Shown piece after piece: positions 11,105-21,825 of a stretch of DNA of 64,000 nt. Position 1 is the first letter of the stretch, and each line of letters opens with the position of its first letter. The notes under the pieces were generated by a model. The model searched no databases. It was not told where the DNA came from and worked only from the letters and a program-made list of their open reading frames with translations. The position numbers and the translations under genes were made by a program. This stretch comes from Pseudomonadota bacterium (GTDB lineage Bacteria; Pseudomonadota; Gammaproteobacteria; Acidiferrobacterales; UBA6901). The stretch spans positions 1,715 through 65,714 of the forward strand of contig JAJYEE010000010.1 in NCBI GenBank assembly GCA_021790335.1, given 5' to 3'.

Positions 11105-11208
11105 TAACCACTTAAATTAACACGCAAGGAGGAGTCCGAAAGCTGCCGGTGCGAGCCACCGATCCGGACTATTCTTGTGACCCCTCGATGCCTACCGGAG
11201 TTCCCGCC

Positions 11209-11538
11209 ATGACTGTCGCGCTTTACCAGCTGGTTCTGACGACCATGCCCGACGGGCAATCCGCGCGACAGCTGGGTGAAGTGCTGGTGCGCGAAGGGCT
11301 CGCAACCTGCGTCAACATTCTGCCGCCGATGCAATCGATATATACTTGGCGGGGCAAAGTCGAGACTGCCACCGAACACCTTGTTCTCGTCAAATCTCTA
11401 GTTTCGCGCTACGCGGCCATCGAGGAGCGGATTCAGACTTTGCATCCTTACGAACTTCCCGAGATTATCGCGGTCCCAATCGCGAACGGCCTACCCGCCT
11501 ACCTAGCATGGCTTCACAACCCGGAAATCACTCCATGA
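11209..11538 (+). CDS. cutA: divalent-cation tolerance protein CutA
   Basis: ORF 11149..11538. YQLVLTTMPDGQSARQLGEVLVREGLATCVNILPPMQSIYTWRGKVE...HPYELPEIIAVPI aligns with E. coli CutA (VVVLCTAPD...LYYWEGKLE...HPYQTPELLVLPV). The start is ambiguous: GTG 11149 after AAGGAGGA, ATG 11188 or ATG 11209. Confidence 0.85.
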   Translation: MTVALYQLVLTTMPDGQSARQLGEVLVREGLATCVNILPPMQSIYTWRGKVETATEHLVLVKSLVSRYAAIEERIQTLHPYELPEIIAVPIANGLPAYLAWLHNPEITP

Positions 11539-13856
11539 GACACCTGTTTTACGCCATGCTGGCCATGGGATCGGCCGCCTTGGCCACCATCGCGCCTAGT
11601 CATGCCGATTCGCTACCCGACGGACTTCTAAAGCCTGACAAGGCGTTCGTGCTCAGCACTCAGGTGCGTAATGCCGACACTATTGTAGCCCACTGGCGCA
11701 TCGCGAACGGTTACCATCTTTACCGCGACAAATTCAAATTCGCAGTACGGAACAGCGGCGTTTCTCTGGGAAAACCTGTTTATCCGCCGGGAATTCGCAT
11801 AAATGATGCGATTGTCGGTAACACCGTGATCTACCGCAACGGAGTGAGCGTGTTGTTGCCCTTGACACGCACTGATCCGGCGACCCGGACGGTGAACCTT
11901 CAGGTGACTGCCCAGGGCTGCGCCGATATCGGCATATGCTTTCCACCCATGGTAAAGACGGTAGCGCTCACGTTACCGCCCCTCCGTGTGCCGACAGCCG
12001 TGCATGCACTGCCACCGGCTCAGGCCGTAGAAACATCAGGGATGACTGGCGGTTACCAATTCCTGAGACCTGGCCAGGCGTTCCATCTCGAGGTCGTGCA
12101 ACGCAATGCCCAATCACTCAGTGCGCGCCTCGCCATCGCGCCTGGCTACTATCTCTATCGCAACAAAGTTCATTTCAAGCTGATGCCAGGTCTCGGCATA
12201 CGTCTGGCGCCCTATGTGCTGCCCCACGGCTTCGTGAAGGTCGACCCGTTCATCGGGCGCACCGAAATCTATCGGACTCCGGTCAGAGTCACATTGCCCC
12301 TCATTGGCTACAGCGGCCAGGTGTCGTCACTCCAACTTAAGGCAAGTTACCAGGGGTGTGCCGAAAAGGGGATTTGCTATCCTCCTGTCACGAAAATCAT
12401 AACCGTTGCGATGACCGGTGCCGGCAATCCAAGCGCTGCCTCGTCGGCCGACATATCTTCTGCCGGCGGGCCGGTACACCACGCCAGCATCGAGACCTAC
12501 CTGCTCGCGATGCTTGCGGCCTTCGGAACCGGGGTCCTCCTGACCTTCACCCCCTGCGTTTTGCCCATGATCCCGATACTGTCGAGCGTCATCGTGGGGC
12601 AGAGCCACCGCGATGCAACCAAGCTGCGCACCGGACTGTTGTCATTTTCCTACGTGTTGGGCACGGCCGTGACCTACACTGTTGCCGGTGCGCTGGCGGG
12701 AGCGACCGGGATTCAGCTGCAGGCCTATTTCCAGAATCCCTATGCGATCGGTCTGTTCAGCGCCATCTTCGTTTTCCTTGCACTTTCGATGTTCGGCTTG
12801 TATGACCTGCAGGTACCGGCTTCCATACAGTCGCTCCTGCACCACCATAGCCAGGAGCTACACAAGAAGAGCCACCGCTTCCGGGGTGGTGCATTCATCG
12901 GGACCTTTGCGCTCGGCCTGCTATCGGCGCTGATTGTCGGTGCCTGCGTTTCGCCGCTGCTTATCTCCGCACTGGGCATCGCCATCTCCACTCACGATCC
13001 GGTTCTTGGCGCAGCTGTCATGTTTTCGATCGCTATGGGAACCGGCACGATGCTCGTTGCAATCGGTGTCGGCGCCGGTGCACTGCTTCCCAAGGCCGGG
13101 TCCTGGATGGACAGAGTAAAGCACGTTTTCGGGGTACTGCTTCTCGGCATTGCGATCTACGTACTGAGCGCATTGCCTCAGGTGCCGGTGCTGCTGCTGT
13201 GGGCGGGCTTGCTGATCGTCACGGGGGTGTACCTCGGGGCAACGCAATCCCTTGCAAAGGGCGCGAGCGGCTGGAGTTACCTGTGGAAGGGAATCGGTAC
13301 AGTAATGCTCATCTGGGGCATCGTCGCGCTGCTCGGCGGCCTGAGCGGCAGGCGGGACATACTCAATCCGCTTCCTCCCGAGGGCATTGCAGGCATCGCC
13401 GCCCGGGTCACGGCCGGCAAGCAGCCGGAATCGGCGGCGCCGGCGCTTCTGTTCCGGCGCTATTCCCGGCCGAAGGAAATTCTGGCTGCCATGGCTCAGG
13501 CGCGTGCCCAGGGCAAGCCGGTACTCCTCGATTTTTACGCGTCCTGGTGCCTTGATTGCGTGCAGCTGGAACGCAGTACTTTCTCAGATCCGCGCGTACG
13601 TGCTGCGTTGCAAGGTTTCGTCACTCTCCAAGCCGACGTTACCGACAATGATGCGGCAACGCGGTCGCTCAAGCAGAAATTTGGCGTTCTCGGCCCGCCG
13701 GCTGTGCTGTGGTTTTCTCCCGACGGCAGAGAGATGAAACGGCTGCGCTTCTACGGATACCGCTCGCCGGATCGGTTCCTCGCCACGGTAAGGCAGGCCG
13801 AAGCCGAATTTTCCGGGAAAAATCGGATTTCATCACAATCTGGGGCAACTTCATGA
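11535..13856 (+). CDS. dsbD: thiol:disulfide interchange protein DsbD with two tandem N-terminal alpha domains
   Basis: The start ATG 11535 overlaps the cutA stop (ATGA) and is followed by a signal peptide (MRHLFYAMLAMGSAALATIAPSHA). There are two DsbD-alpha-like modules, each with the Cys pair (AQGCADIGICFPP and YQGCAEKGICYPP). The TM core carries TPCVLPM, and the C-terminal thioredoxin domain carries WCLDC. At 773 aa it compares with about 565 aa for E. coli DsbD. Confidence 0.9.
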   Translation: MRHLFYAMLAMGSAALATIAPSHADSLPDGLLKPDKAFVLSTQVRNADTIVAHWRIANGYHLYRDKFKFAVRNSGVSLGKPVYPPGIRINDAIVGNTVIYRNGVSVLLPLTRTDPATRTVNLQVTAQGCADIGICFPPMVKTVALTLPPLRVPTAVHALPPAQAVETSGMTGGYQFLRPGQAFHLEVVQRNAQSLSARLAIAPGYYLYRNKVHFKLMPGLGIRLAPYVLPHGFVKVDPFIGRTEIYRTPVRVTLPLIGYSGQVSSLQLKASYQGCAEKGICYPPVTKIITVAMTGAGNPSAASSADISSAGGPVHHASIETYLLAMLAAFGTGVLLTFTPCVLPMIPILSSVIVGQSHRDATKLRTGLLSFSYVLGTAVTYTVAGALAGATGIQLQAYFQNPYAIGLFSAIFVFLALSMFGLYDLQVPASIQSLLHHHSQELHKKSHRFRGGAFIGTFALGLLSALIVGACVSPLLISALGIAISTHDPVLGAAVMFSIAMGTGTMLVAIGVGAGALLPKAGSWMDRVKHVFGVLLLGIAIYVLSALPQVPVLLLWAGLLIVTGVYLGATQSLAKGASGWSYLWKGIGTVMLIWGIVALLGGLSGRRDILNPLPPEGIAGIAARVTAGKQPESAAPALLFRRYSRPKEILAAMAQARAQGKPVLLDFYASWCLDCVQLERSTFSDPRVRAALQGFVTLQADVTDNDAATRSLKQKFGVLGPPAVLWFSPDGREMKRLRFYGYRSPDRFLATVRQAEAEFSGKNRISSQSGATS

Positions 13857-14386
13857 AAAAGTTTCTTTTGCTGGCAGCAGCCGCCTTGCTTGCCGGAGTG
13901 GCCGGGATGTGGCTCGGCCGGCATTTTCACCATTCATCGTTAGCAATGCCCACCATTGCGAGCGGACAGGCTGTCACATTTTCGCTGCCAGATATCAACG
14001 GGCATGAACGCAGCGTCCAGGACTGGACCGGCAAGGTCCGCATAGTCAATTTTTGGGCAACCTGGTGCCCACCCTGTCGCGAGGAGATTCCCGAGTTCAT
14101 CAAGGCCCAGAGGCGCCTTGGCCCCAAGGGCCTCCAGATCATCGGCATCGCCGTGGATAGGCCTTCGCGCGTGGTCCAGTTTTACAAGGCAAAGAAGATG
14201 AACTATCCGGTGTTGCTCGGCGAACAGCAAGGAATGCAATTGATGACCCGTTATGGGGATGTGGAGGGTGGTCTGCCGTACAGCATCATTCTCGACCGGC
14301 AGGGTCGGATCGTGGCCAGCAAGCTCGGAGCATTCACAGGGGCCAGCCTGAAAAAAGCCCTGAGCCCCTATCTCCAGTCCCCATAG
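13853..14386 (+). CDS. TlpA/ResA-family periplasmic thiol:disulfide oxidoreductase
   Basis: ATG 13853 overlaps the dsbD stop (ATGA). The protein has a signal/anchor (MKKFLLLAAAALLAGVAG) and the WCPPC active site within NFWATWCPPCREEIP. Confidence 0.85.
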   Translation: MKKFLLLAAAALLAGVAGMWLGRHFHHSSLAMPTIASGQAVTFSLPDINGHERSVQDWTGKVRIVNFWATWCPPCREEIPEFIKAQRRLGPKGLQIIGIAVDRPSRVVQFYKAKKMNYPVLLGEQQGMQLMTRYGDVEGGLPYSIILDRQGRIVASKLGAFTGASLKKALSPYLQSP

Positions 14387-14585
14387 TGACTGACGGGAAC
14401 CGATTGGCCTGCAAGGCCATGTCCTGCGATTCTTGGGCCCGAACTCCGGCGAATTTACTGGAATTTGTCTTGAACTGGACAAACCCTGCTTGACTGCGTA
14501 CTATCCTCGTCCCATTCGGTACTGATGCTTTCTGTGCGCCGGTCAGTCTGGATCTGCACGGGGTCTGCCAATCAAACAGGGATCT

Positions 14586-15068
14586 ATGGCCGAGATATTG
14601 GTACTTAACGGACCAAACCTCAACTTGCTGGGAACGCGCGAGCCCCGGTATTACGGTTCTACCGGTCTTGAAGCGATCAACGCCGAACTTGCCATGATTG
14701 TGGCCAAAACTGGCCATCATTTGAGCTTTTTTCAGAGCAACGCTGAGCACGAACTCGTACAGCGCGTGCACCAAGCCATGGAGCAGAAGACGGGGTTCAT
14801 CCTGCTAAATCCCGCCGCCTTCACGCATACCAGCATCGCGCTACGCGATGCGCTCGCGGCTTCGGCGATTCCCTTCATCGAAGTCCACCTTTCCAATATT
14901 CACGCGCGCGAGCCGTTCCGCCACCAGTCCTTTTTCTCCGACCTCGCCAACGGAGTCATCAGCGGGCTTGGTGCCCAAGGTTATGAATTGGCACTCGCGG
15001 CAGCAATCCGGTACTTAGAAAATCAGGACAAAAACCGTGGACATACGCAAGATCAAGAAACTCATTGA
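14586..15068 (+). CDS. aroQ: type II 3-dehydroquinate dehydratase
   Basis: [24 protein letters not shown]...[18 protein letters not shown] is canonical AroQ. The gene overlaps accB by 32 nt. Confidence 0.92.
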   Translation: MAEILVLNGPNLNLLGTREPRYYGSTGLEAINAELAMIVAKTGHHLSFFQSNAEHELVQRVHQAMEQKTGFILLNPAAFTHTSIALRDALAASAIPFIEVHLSNIHAREPFRHQSFFSDLANGVISGLGAQGYELALAAAIRYLENQDKNRGHTQDQETH

Positions 15069-15483
15069 GATGCTTGAAGAATCCAACCTTTCGGAAATCG
15101 AAATCCGGGAGGGAGAGGAAACCATCCGGCTAAGCCGCATATTGACGGCCGCCCCGGTACCCCCAACGATCGTTCATGCACCGCTCCCGGCAGCACCGGC
15201 GCCTGCTCCGGTTGCTGAAAGGCCTGCGGAGGCTTCCCCCGTCCCATCTGGTCATATCGTCACTTCCCCAATGGTCGGCAGCTTTTATCGCTCGCCGTCG
15301 CCCAGTGCCGCACCGTTCGTGGAAGTCGGCAACCAAGTGAAGGTCGGCGATACGCTGTGCATTATCGAAGCAATGAAGATGCTCAACCCAATCGAGGCTG
15401 ACAAGGCGGGAACAATCAAGGCGATCCTTAAAGAGAATGGCCAGCCGGTAGAATACGGCGAACCGCTGTTTGTCATCGAATAA
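15037..15483 (+). CDS. accB: acetyl-CoA carboxylase biotin carboxyl carrier protein
   Basis: GTG start. (M)[27 protein letters not shown] is nearly identical in pattern to E. coli AccB. It has an Ala/Pro linker and the biotinylation motif EAMKMLN. Confidence 0.93.
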   Translation: MDIRKIKKLIEMLEESNLSEIEIREGEETIRLSRILTAAPVPPTIVHAPLPAAPAPAPVAERPAEASPVPSGHIVTSPMVGSFYRSPSPSAAPFVEVGNQVKVGDTLCIIEAMKMLNPIEADKAGTIKAILKENGQPVEYGEPLFVIE

Positions 15484-15505
15484 TCACCCCCTCCCCGGCA
15501 ATTCC

Positions 15506-16846
15506 ATGATCGAGAAAGTAGTTATAGCCAATCGTGGTGAGATCGCATTGCGCATCCAGCGGGCGTGCCGCACTTTGGGCATCCGGACCGTCGCGCTGCA
15601 CTCCGAGGCTGATCGGGACGCGAAGTACGTCAAGCTTGCGGACGAATCCGTGTGCATCGGTCCACCGCCAGCCAGGGACAGCTACCTGAACATCCCGGCG
15701 GTCATCAGTGCTGCCGAAGTCACCGATGCGGTCGCCATTCATCCGGGCTATGGCTTTCTTTCGGAGAATGCGGATTTCGCCGAACGCGTCGAACAGAGCG
15801 GGTTCATCTTCATCGGTCCGCGGGCCGAAACCATTCGACTGATGGGCGACAAAATCTCCGCCATCCGGGCCATGAAGAAAGCCGGAGTACCGTGCGTGCC
15901 CGGATCCGACGGACCGCTCGCGGAAGACGACGACGAAAACCTCAGACTCGCTGCGGACATCGGTTACCCGGTGCTCATCAAGGCAACCGGTGGCGGGGGC
16001 GGAAAGGGGATGCGCGTGGTACACAGCGAAGCCGCTCTGCGCAACGCCATATCGCTTACCCGTGCCGAAGCGAAGGCGGCTTTTAATAACGACATCGTGT
16101 ACATGGAGAAATACCTGGAGAATCCACGTCACGTGGAGTTCCAAGTTCTGGCCGACGAGCACGGCAACGCCATACACTTGGGCGAACGCGACTGCTCTAT
16201 GCAACGGCGTCATCAGAAAGTGGTCGAGGAAAGCCCCGCGCCGGGTATTTCGGAACGAATACGCCAGCGCATGGGCGAACGCTGCGCGGAGGCCTGTCGC
16301 AAAATCGGATACCGCGGAGCCGGGACCTTTGAATTCCTGTATGAGAACGGCGAATTCTATTTCATTGAAATGAATACACGTGTGCAGGTGGAACATCCGG
16401 TGACAGAGATGGTTACCGGTGTGGATATCGTCCGCGAACAGTTGCTGATCGCCTCCGGCGAGCGCCTGTCATATCGCCAGAAGGATATTACGTGGCAAGG
16501 TCATGCGATCGAGTGTCGTATCAACGCTGAAGACTCTCGAACCTTCATGCCTTCGCCGGGGCGCATTACGCAGTTCCATCAGCCGGGCGGACCGGGCATC
16601 CGCGTCGATTCGCATGTGTACAATAACTATGTGGTCCCACCCTTTTACGACTCGATGATCGGCAAGCTCATTGCATACGGAACGACTCGCGAGATCGCCA
16701 TGGCCCGCATGCGTATTGCCCTGAGCGAGATGGTGATCGACGGGATTCGAACGAATATTGCCCTGCACCAGGACATCATGAATGACGCCGCATTTGCCTC
16801 TGGCGGTGTAAACATTCACTACCTGGAAAAGAAGCTAGGGCTTTGA
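15506..16846 (+). CDS. accC: acetyl-CoA carboxylase biotin carboxylase subunit
   Basis: [26 protein letters not shown]... with an ATP-grasp domain. The start was chosen at ATG 15506 within ORF 15470..16846. Confidence 0.96.
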   Translation: MIEKVVIANRGEIALRIQRACRTLGIRTVALHSEADRDAKYVKLADESVCIGPPPARDSYLNIPAVISAAEVTDAVAIHPGYGFLSENADFAERVEQSGFIFIGPRAETIRLMGDKISAIRAMKKAGVPCVPGSDGPLAEDDDENLRLAADIGYPVLIKATGGGGGKGMRVVHSEAALRNAISLTRAEAKAAFNNDIVYMEKYLENPRHVEFQVLADEHGNAIHLGERDCSMQRRHQKVVEESPAPGISERIRQRMGERCAEACRKIGYRGAGTFEFLYENGEFYFIEMNTRVQVEHPVTEMVTGVDIVREQLLIASGERLSYRQKDITWQGHAIECRINAEDSRTFMPSPGRITQFHQPGGPGIRVDSHVYNNYVVPPFYDSMIGKLIAYGTTREIAMARMRIALSEMVIDGIRTNIALHQDIMNDAAFASGGVNIHYLEKKLGL

Positions 16847-16964
16847 CGGACAAGCGGTCGCCGACCGGCTACGGCCGTCCGGCACCGCGAGGTGAACCCA
16901 AGCGATGCATCCCGCATGTCGAAACCGATGGCAGCTGTCGTGCAGACTCTTTACGTGAATCGCC

Positions 16965-17858
16965 ATGCCTTGGCTCCGCGTCCACTTGAGGGTTGACCGC
17001 GAGCAGGCGGACAGCGTCGCGGATGCCCTGGAGCGCTGCGGCGCGCTTGCGGTCATGCTGGAAGACGCCGGCAACGAAGCGCTTTTTGGCAGCACCGGCA
17101 ACGACGAGCCGCGCCTTTGGGCGCATACCAACCTGAGCGCCTTGCTGTCCGACGGCACCGAGCCATCGCGGTTTGTCGGCGATGTGATGGCCCTGCTGGG
17201 CATGGATACGCCCCCCACCTGGGCAGCCGACCCTTTACCGGACCAGGACTGGGAGCGGGCTTGGATGGACCGCTTCACGCCACTGCACGTCGGCGGGAAT
17301 CTATGGATCTGTCCCAGCTGGCATGCTCCGCCACCGCCGCCGGCCGTGGCTGTCATTCTCGATCCAGGCCTCGCGTTCGGTACTGGAACACACGCCACGA
17401 CTGCATTATGTCTGGATTGGCTCGCGACCCACATGCTGTCAGGGAGGGAAATCATCGATTTCGGCTGCGGTTCCGGCATCCTCGCCATCGCTGCACTGAA
17501 GCTGGGCGCACGCAGCGCCTGGGCAGTCGATATCGACGCTGGCGCGCTGGCAGTGACCTGCGAGAACGCACAGCGCAACGAGGTGGGCAACCGGTTGTCC
17601 ACCGCCATGCCACAGTCCTTGCCGGCGTGCGTGGACGCCGATATCGTCGTCGCCAACATTTTGGCCGATCCCCTGATCCAGCTCGCTCCGCGCCTTAGCG
17701 GGCTCACACGCGCTGGCGGTGTGCTACTGCTATCGGGGATGCTGGAACAACAGGCTGCCGAGGTCGAGCGCCACTATGCGGCGGCATTTTCCATCGAAAC
17801 CCGCATCCGGGACGGGTGGGCGTTGCTGGCTTGTCGCAGATCCGCGCTGAGCGGTTGA
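16965..17858 (+). CDS. prmA: ribosomal protein L11 methyltransferase
   Basis: 297 aa. It has the PrmA pattern (FTPLHVGGNLWICPSW..., DPGLAFGTGTHATT, DFGCGSGILAIAA) and sits in the conserved position after accBC. Confidence 0.92.
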   Translation: MPWLRVHLRVDREQADSVADALERCGALAVMLEDAGNEALFGSTGNDEPRLWAHTNLSALLSDGTEPSRFVGDVMALLGMDTPPTWAADPLPDQDWERAWMDRFTPLHVGGNLWICPSWHAPPPPPAVAVILDPGLAFGTGTHATTALCLDWLATHMLSGREIIDFGCGSGILAIAALKLGARSAWAVDIDAGALAVTCENAQRNEVGNRLSTAMPQSLPACVDADIVVANILADPLIQLAPRLSGLTRAGGVLLLSGMLEQQAAEVERHYAAAFSIETRIRDGWALLACRRSALSG

Positions 17859-17879
17859 ATTCCTTACGGTCATCGAATC

Positions 17880-18674
17880 ATGTACACCCGCTGCCCGCGC
17901 TGCCACACCGTTTTCAGTCTTACCGAGGCGCAGCGTGCAGCCCGCAGCGGCCTGGTCCGATGCGGGCGGTGCTCCGCGGTATTCCAGAGCAACGACGTAC
18001 TGCTGCATGGACTGCCCCGGGAAGATGAGGCGCTGAGCAGCACTGCCGCCGCCGCGACGCCAGACCGGAAAGTGGCTACTGCAGGCATCGCTGACCGTGT
18101 TGTCGCTGCCACGTCGACCGATGGCTCATTGCCTGAAGTACCGTCCGAAGCCGGAACGCCGGAGTTCCCCCTGTTGCGCCGTGCACGCCGAGCGCGCACG
18201 CGCACGCCGTTCTGGGTCTTGGGTAATCTGCTTCTCGTGCTCCTTCTTGGTGCACAGGTACTGTACTTCTATGGCCCGACACTCTCGCTGTGGTATCCGC
18301 CGATCAGCCGGGTCGTGGCGGATGCCAGGCGCTGGCTCGGGCTCAGGACCGCTGCGCGAACGGACGTCGCCTTGATCGACCTGGAACGGGCACAGATCTC
18401 CCTGCATCCAAAAGTCGCCAACGCCCTGCGCATTACCGCAACCTTGGTCAATCGCGCTTCCAGTACACAACCTTATCCGCTGCTCGAAATCACCTTTAAC
18501 GGCAGCGGCGGCGATGTGATCGCCCGGCGTGTATTTCGTCCCCGCGATTATCTTGGCAGGGCGCCCGCCTACGCCGGCATGCCGCCGAACGTTGCGATTC
18601 CGGTCTCCTTCGACGTGCTCAACCCCGGTGCGCGCGCGGTCGGTTACGAGATCCAGCTGTTCGCCGCCCGGTAG
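17880..18674 (+). CDS. zinc-ribbon (MJ0042-type) / DUF3426 domain protein
   Basis: It has an N-terminal double CxxC (MYTRCPRCHTVF...VRCGRCSAVF), a central TM segment and a C-terminal beta-rich domain. This architecture is typical between prmA and dusB. Confidence 0.75.
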   Translation: MYTRCPRCHTVFSLTEAQRAARSGLVRCGRCSAVFQSNDVLLHGLPREDEALSSTAAAATPDRKVATAGIADRVVAATSTDGSLPEVPSEAGTPEFPLLRRARRARTRTPFWVLGNLLLVLLLGAQVLYFYGPTLSLWYPPISRVVADARRWLGLRTAARTDVALIDLERAQISLHPKVANALRITATLVNRASSTQPYPLLEITFNGSGGDVIARRVFRPRDYLGRAPAYAGMPPNVAIPVSFDVLNPGARAVGYEIQLFAAR

Positions 18675-18844
18675 CGGTGGCCACGCCACAATCCGAGGCT
18701 CTGGTCACCGTGCCCGATGCACCGGATGCGGCGCAACGCCACCCGGCTGGGCGCGGGCAGCACACATCGAGCCACCTCTTCCCTGCACCCGCAATTTATG
18801 AGTATTATGCCGCCCTTTCCCTCTGCAATACGAACAAGACCTTG

Positions 18845-19843
18845 ATGCGACTGGGCCCCTATTCTCTGAAGAACAACCTGATCGTCGCGCCCATGGCCGG
18901 GGTCACGGACCGCCCGTTCCGCCAGCTGTGTCGCAGGCTCGGTGCCGGCATGGCAGTGTCCGAGATGGTTTCTTCCAACTCGCTTTTGTGGGGAAGCGAG
19001 AAAACGCTGCGGCGCGCAAATCATGATGGCGAGCCGGAACCGAAGTCGGTGCAGCTCGCCGGAGCTGATCCGGCGATGATGGCCGAAGCGGCGCGCCACA
19101 ACGTGGATCGCGGAGCGCAGATCATCGATATCAACATGGGTTGTCCGGCCAAAAAGGTGTGCAATGTGCTCGCCGGTTCAGCATTGTTGCGCGATGAGCC
19201 GCTCGTCACGCGTATCGTCGAGGCCGTGGTACGGAGCGTCGATGTTCCGGTCACCCTCAAGATCCGTACCGGCTGGGACCGGGACCATCGCAACGGTGTG
19301 AGGATCGCACGTATCGCCGAGGAGGCCGGAGTCCAGGCGCTGGCTGTACACGGTCGCACCCGCGCGGACGCCTACCAGGGTGATGCGGAATACGAGACCA
19401 TTGCTGCGATCAAGGATGCGGTCCGGATCCCGGTCATCGCCAATGGCGACATCGACTCCCCGGAAAAAGCCAGGTACGTGCTCGAAAAAACCGGTGCCGA
19501 CGGTATCATGATCGGTCGCGCCGCCCAGGGCAGACCATGGATTTTCCGGGAAATCGGGCATTTTCTTCGCACCGGAACCCTTCTCCCGGTACCGAGTCCG
19601 CGCGAGATCCGTGACATTCTGCTCGGTCATCTCGGGGATCTGTACGGGTTTTATGGCGAGCACCTGGGCGTGCGCATCGCACGCAAGCACATATCCTGGT
19701 ACAGCAAGGGCTTCGTTGGCGGCGGCACATTCCGTCATGCCATCAACCAGGCAGAGACGGCGACGGCACAGATCGACATGATCGAGGAATTTTTTGCTCG
19801 GCAGGCCGACGCGACCGCACGGGCCGCCGGAATCGCGGCATGA
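18845..19843 (+). CDS. dusB: tRNA-dihydrouridine synthase B
   Basis: The start was chosen at ATG 18845 (MRLGPYSLKNNLIVAPMAGVTDRPFRQLCRRLGAG) within ORF 18677..19843. It lies in the conserved dusB-fis pair. Confidence 0.92.
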   Translation: MRLGPYSLKNNLIVAPMAGVTDRPFRQLCRRLGAGMAVSEMVSSNSLLWGSEKTLRRANHDGEPEPKSVQLAGADPAMMAEAARHNVDRGAQIIDINMGCPAKKVCNVLAGSALLRDEPLVTRIVEAVVRSVDVPVTLKIRTGWDRDHRNGVRIARIAEEAGVQALAVHGRTRADAYQGDAEYETIAAIKDAVRIPVIANGDIDSPEKARYVLEKTGADGIMIGRAAQGRPWIFREIGHFLRTGTLLPVPSPREIRDILLGHLGDLYGFYGEHLGVRIARKHISWYSKGFVGGGTFRHAINQAETATAQIDMIEEFFARQADATARAAGIAA

Positions 19844-20085
19844 AAGAGCACCATCGCAAAGGGCCGCTTGCCGCCTGCGTAAGGAGCGCGCTGGAGCGCT
19901 ACTTTCATGACCTCGATGGCGAGAAGCCGGGCAGCCTGTACGCCATGGTCATCGGCGAGGTCGAGCGTCCGCTGCTTGAGGCAGTCATGCAGCACGCACA
20001 GAGTAACCAGTGCAAGGCAGCTCGGATGCTTGGGATCAACCGCAATACTTTGCGCAAGAAGCTCAAATTGCACGGACTGGAGTGA
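19840..20085 (+). CDS. fis: DNA-binding protein Fis
   Basis: 81 aa. The C-terminal HTH is NQCKAARMLGINRNTLRKKLKLHGL. The ATG overlaps the dusB stop (ATGA). Confidence 0.9.
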   Translation: MKEHHRKGPLAACVRSALERYFHDLDGEKPGSLYAMVIGEVERPLLEAVMQHAQSNQCKAARMLGINRNTLRKKLKLHGLE

Positions 20086-20211
20086 CGAGCTCCGGCTATT
20101 GCGGGCACAAACACGTGCGCATCTGCGTGACTTGCCTGCGCAAAAGCACAGCGGTACCCGATTTTTCGGATCTTTGTCCAGGGTCTCGCCAACAACCGGT
20201 TAAGAGGCAGC

Positions 20212-21783
20212 ATGTCGATCATCAAACGCGCTTTGATCAGCGTCTCGGAAAAGACGGGCATTGTCGAATTTGCCAGGTTTCTTCTATCCCGCGAAGTCGA
20301 AATCATTTCAACCGGCGGAACCGCCAGGCTGCTTGCTGACAACGGCATTAAGGTCACGGAAGTGTCGGACTACACCGGCTTTCCTGAAATGCTCGATGGG
20401 CGGCTCAAGACGCTGCATCCTCGGATCCACGGCGGCGTGCTCGGGCGGCGCGACCTACAAAGCCATCTTCAGGCTATGGAACGGCACGGCATCCAGCCAA
20501 TAGACCTGGTAGTCGTCAACCTCTACCCATTTGAGCAGACCGTGGCACGCAGCGACTGCACGCTCGATCTGGCGATCGAGAACATCGACATCGGCGGCCC
20601 GACGCTGCTGCGCGCCGCCGCGAAGAATCACGCAGCGGTGACCGTGGTCGTAGACAACGCCGATTTTAGGGTCGTGATCGAGGAAATGAAGGCACACAGT
20701 GGTGCGCTGACCGATGGCACGCGCTTCGCGCTGGCGGTGAAAGCCTTCGAGCATACGGCGCGCTATGATGGCGCCATCGCCAATTATCTCGGCACCCTGG
20801 AACCCGGCGGCGGACACACGCGCTTTCCGCGGACCTTTAACGCCCAGTTTGTCAAAGCCCAGGACATGCGCTACGGGGAAAACCCTCATCAGCAGGCCGC
20901 GTTCTATCGGGAGCAGGCCCCCGCGGAGGCCTGCATCGCGACCGCGACGCAGCTGCAGGGCAAGGAGCTGTCGTTTAACAACATTGCCGACACTGACGCC
21001 GCGCTGGAATGCGTTAAGTCCTTTGACGAGCCGGCATGCGTCATAGTCAAACACGCCAATCCCTGCGGCGTGGCGGTAGCCGACACGGTGCTCGACGCCT
21101 ACCAAAACGCCTACATCACCGATCCGACTTCGGCATTCGGCGGCATCATCGCTTTCAACCGCGCGCTGGACGCCTCCACGGCGCGCGCCATCATCGAGCG
21201 CCAGTTCGTGGAGGTAATCGTTGCTCCATCGGTCATGCCGGATGCGCGTGCGGTTCTCGCAGCGAAGCAGAATGTGCGCGTGCTCGAGTGCGGTGAATGG
21301 CGGGGTGAACGGCCGCCCGGTCTGGATTTTAGACGCGTCACCGGCGGGCTGCTGGTTCAGGAGCGCGACAACGCCGCTCTTGGCCGGGCTGACCTCAAGG
21401 TTGTCACGCGCCGCGCACCAACCACGAACGAGATCAATGACCTTCTGTTCTCCTGGAAGGTCGTCAAGTTCGTGAAGTCCAATGCCATCGTTTACTGCAA
21501 GGCCGGGCGTACCGTGGGCGTGGGTGCGGGTCAGATGAGCCGGGTGTACAGTGCACGCATCGCTTCCATCAAGGCAGCGGACGCCGGCCTCGAGATTCGC
21601 GGTTCGGTGATGGCGTCGGATGCGTTCTTTCCGTTCCGCGACGGCCTAGATCAGGCAGCGGAAGTCGGCGTGACCGCGGTGATCCAGCCGGGCGGCTCCA
21701 TGCGCGACCAGGAGGTCATCGAGGCAGCGGATCAGCACGGCATTGCCATGGTCTTTACCGGCATGCGGCACTTTCGCCACTAG
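20212..21783 (+). CDS. purH: bifunctional AICAR transformylase / IMP cyclohydrolase
   Basis: 523 aa. [17 protein letters not shown]...[13 protein letters not shown]... ending in FTGMRHFRH is canonical PurH. Confidence 0.96.
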   Translation: MSIIKRALISVSEKTGIVEFARFLLSREVEIISTGGTARLLADNGIKVTEVSDYTGFPEMLDGRLKTLHPRIHGGVLGRRDLQSHLQAMERHGIQPIDLVVVNLYPFEQTVARSDCTLDLAIENIDIGGPTLLRAAAKNHAAVTVVVDNADFRVVIEEMKAHSGALTDGTRFALAVKAFEHTARYDGAIANYLGTLEPGGGHTRFPRTFNAQFVKAQDMRYGENPHQQAAFYREQAPAEACIATATQLQGKELSFNNIADTDAALECVKSFDEPACVIVKHANPCGVAVADTVLDAYQNAYITDPTSAFGGIIAFNRALDASTARAIIERQFVEVIVAPSVMPDARAVLAAKQNVRVLECGEWRGERPPGLDFRRVTGGLLVQERDNAALGRADLKVVTRRAPTTNEINDLLFSWKVVKFVKSNAIVYCKAGRTVGVGAGQMSRVYSARIASIKAADAGLEIRGSVMASDAFFPFRDGLDQAAEVGVTAVIQPGGSMRDQEVIEAADQHGIAMVFTGMRHFRH

Positions 21784-21825
21784 CACCGTTTGCGCGACGG
21801 CCCGCTGAGTCCCTTTCATGTCGAT

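Noticed and set aside
15473-16396. 307-aa minus-strand ORF
   Set aside because: It is antisense to accC, whose identity is unambiguous. It has no motif.
16835-17707. 290-aa minus-strand ORF
   Set aside because: It is antisense to prmA. It is Ser/Ala/Arg-rich with no recognisable family.
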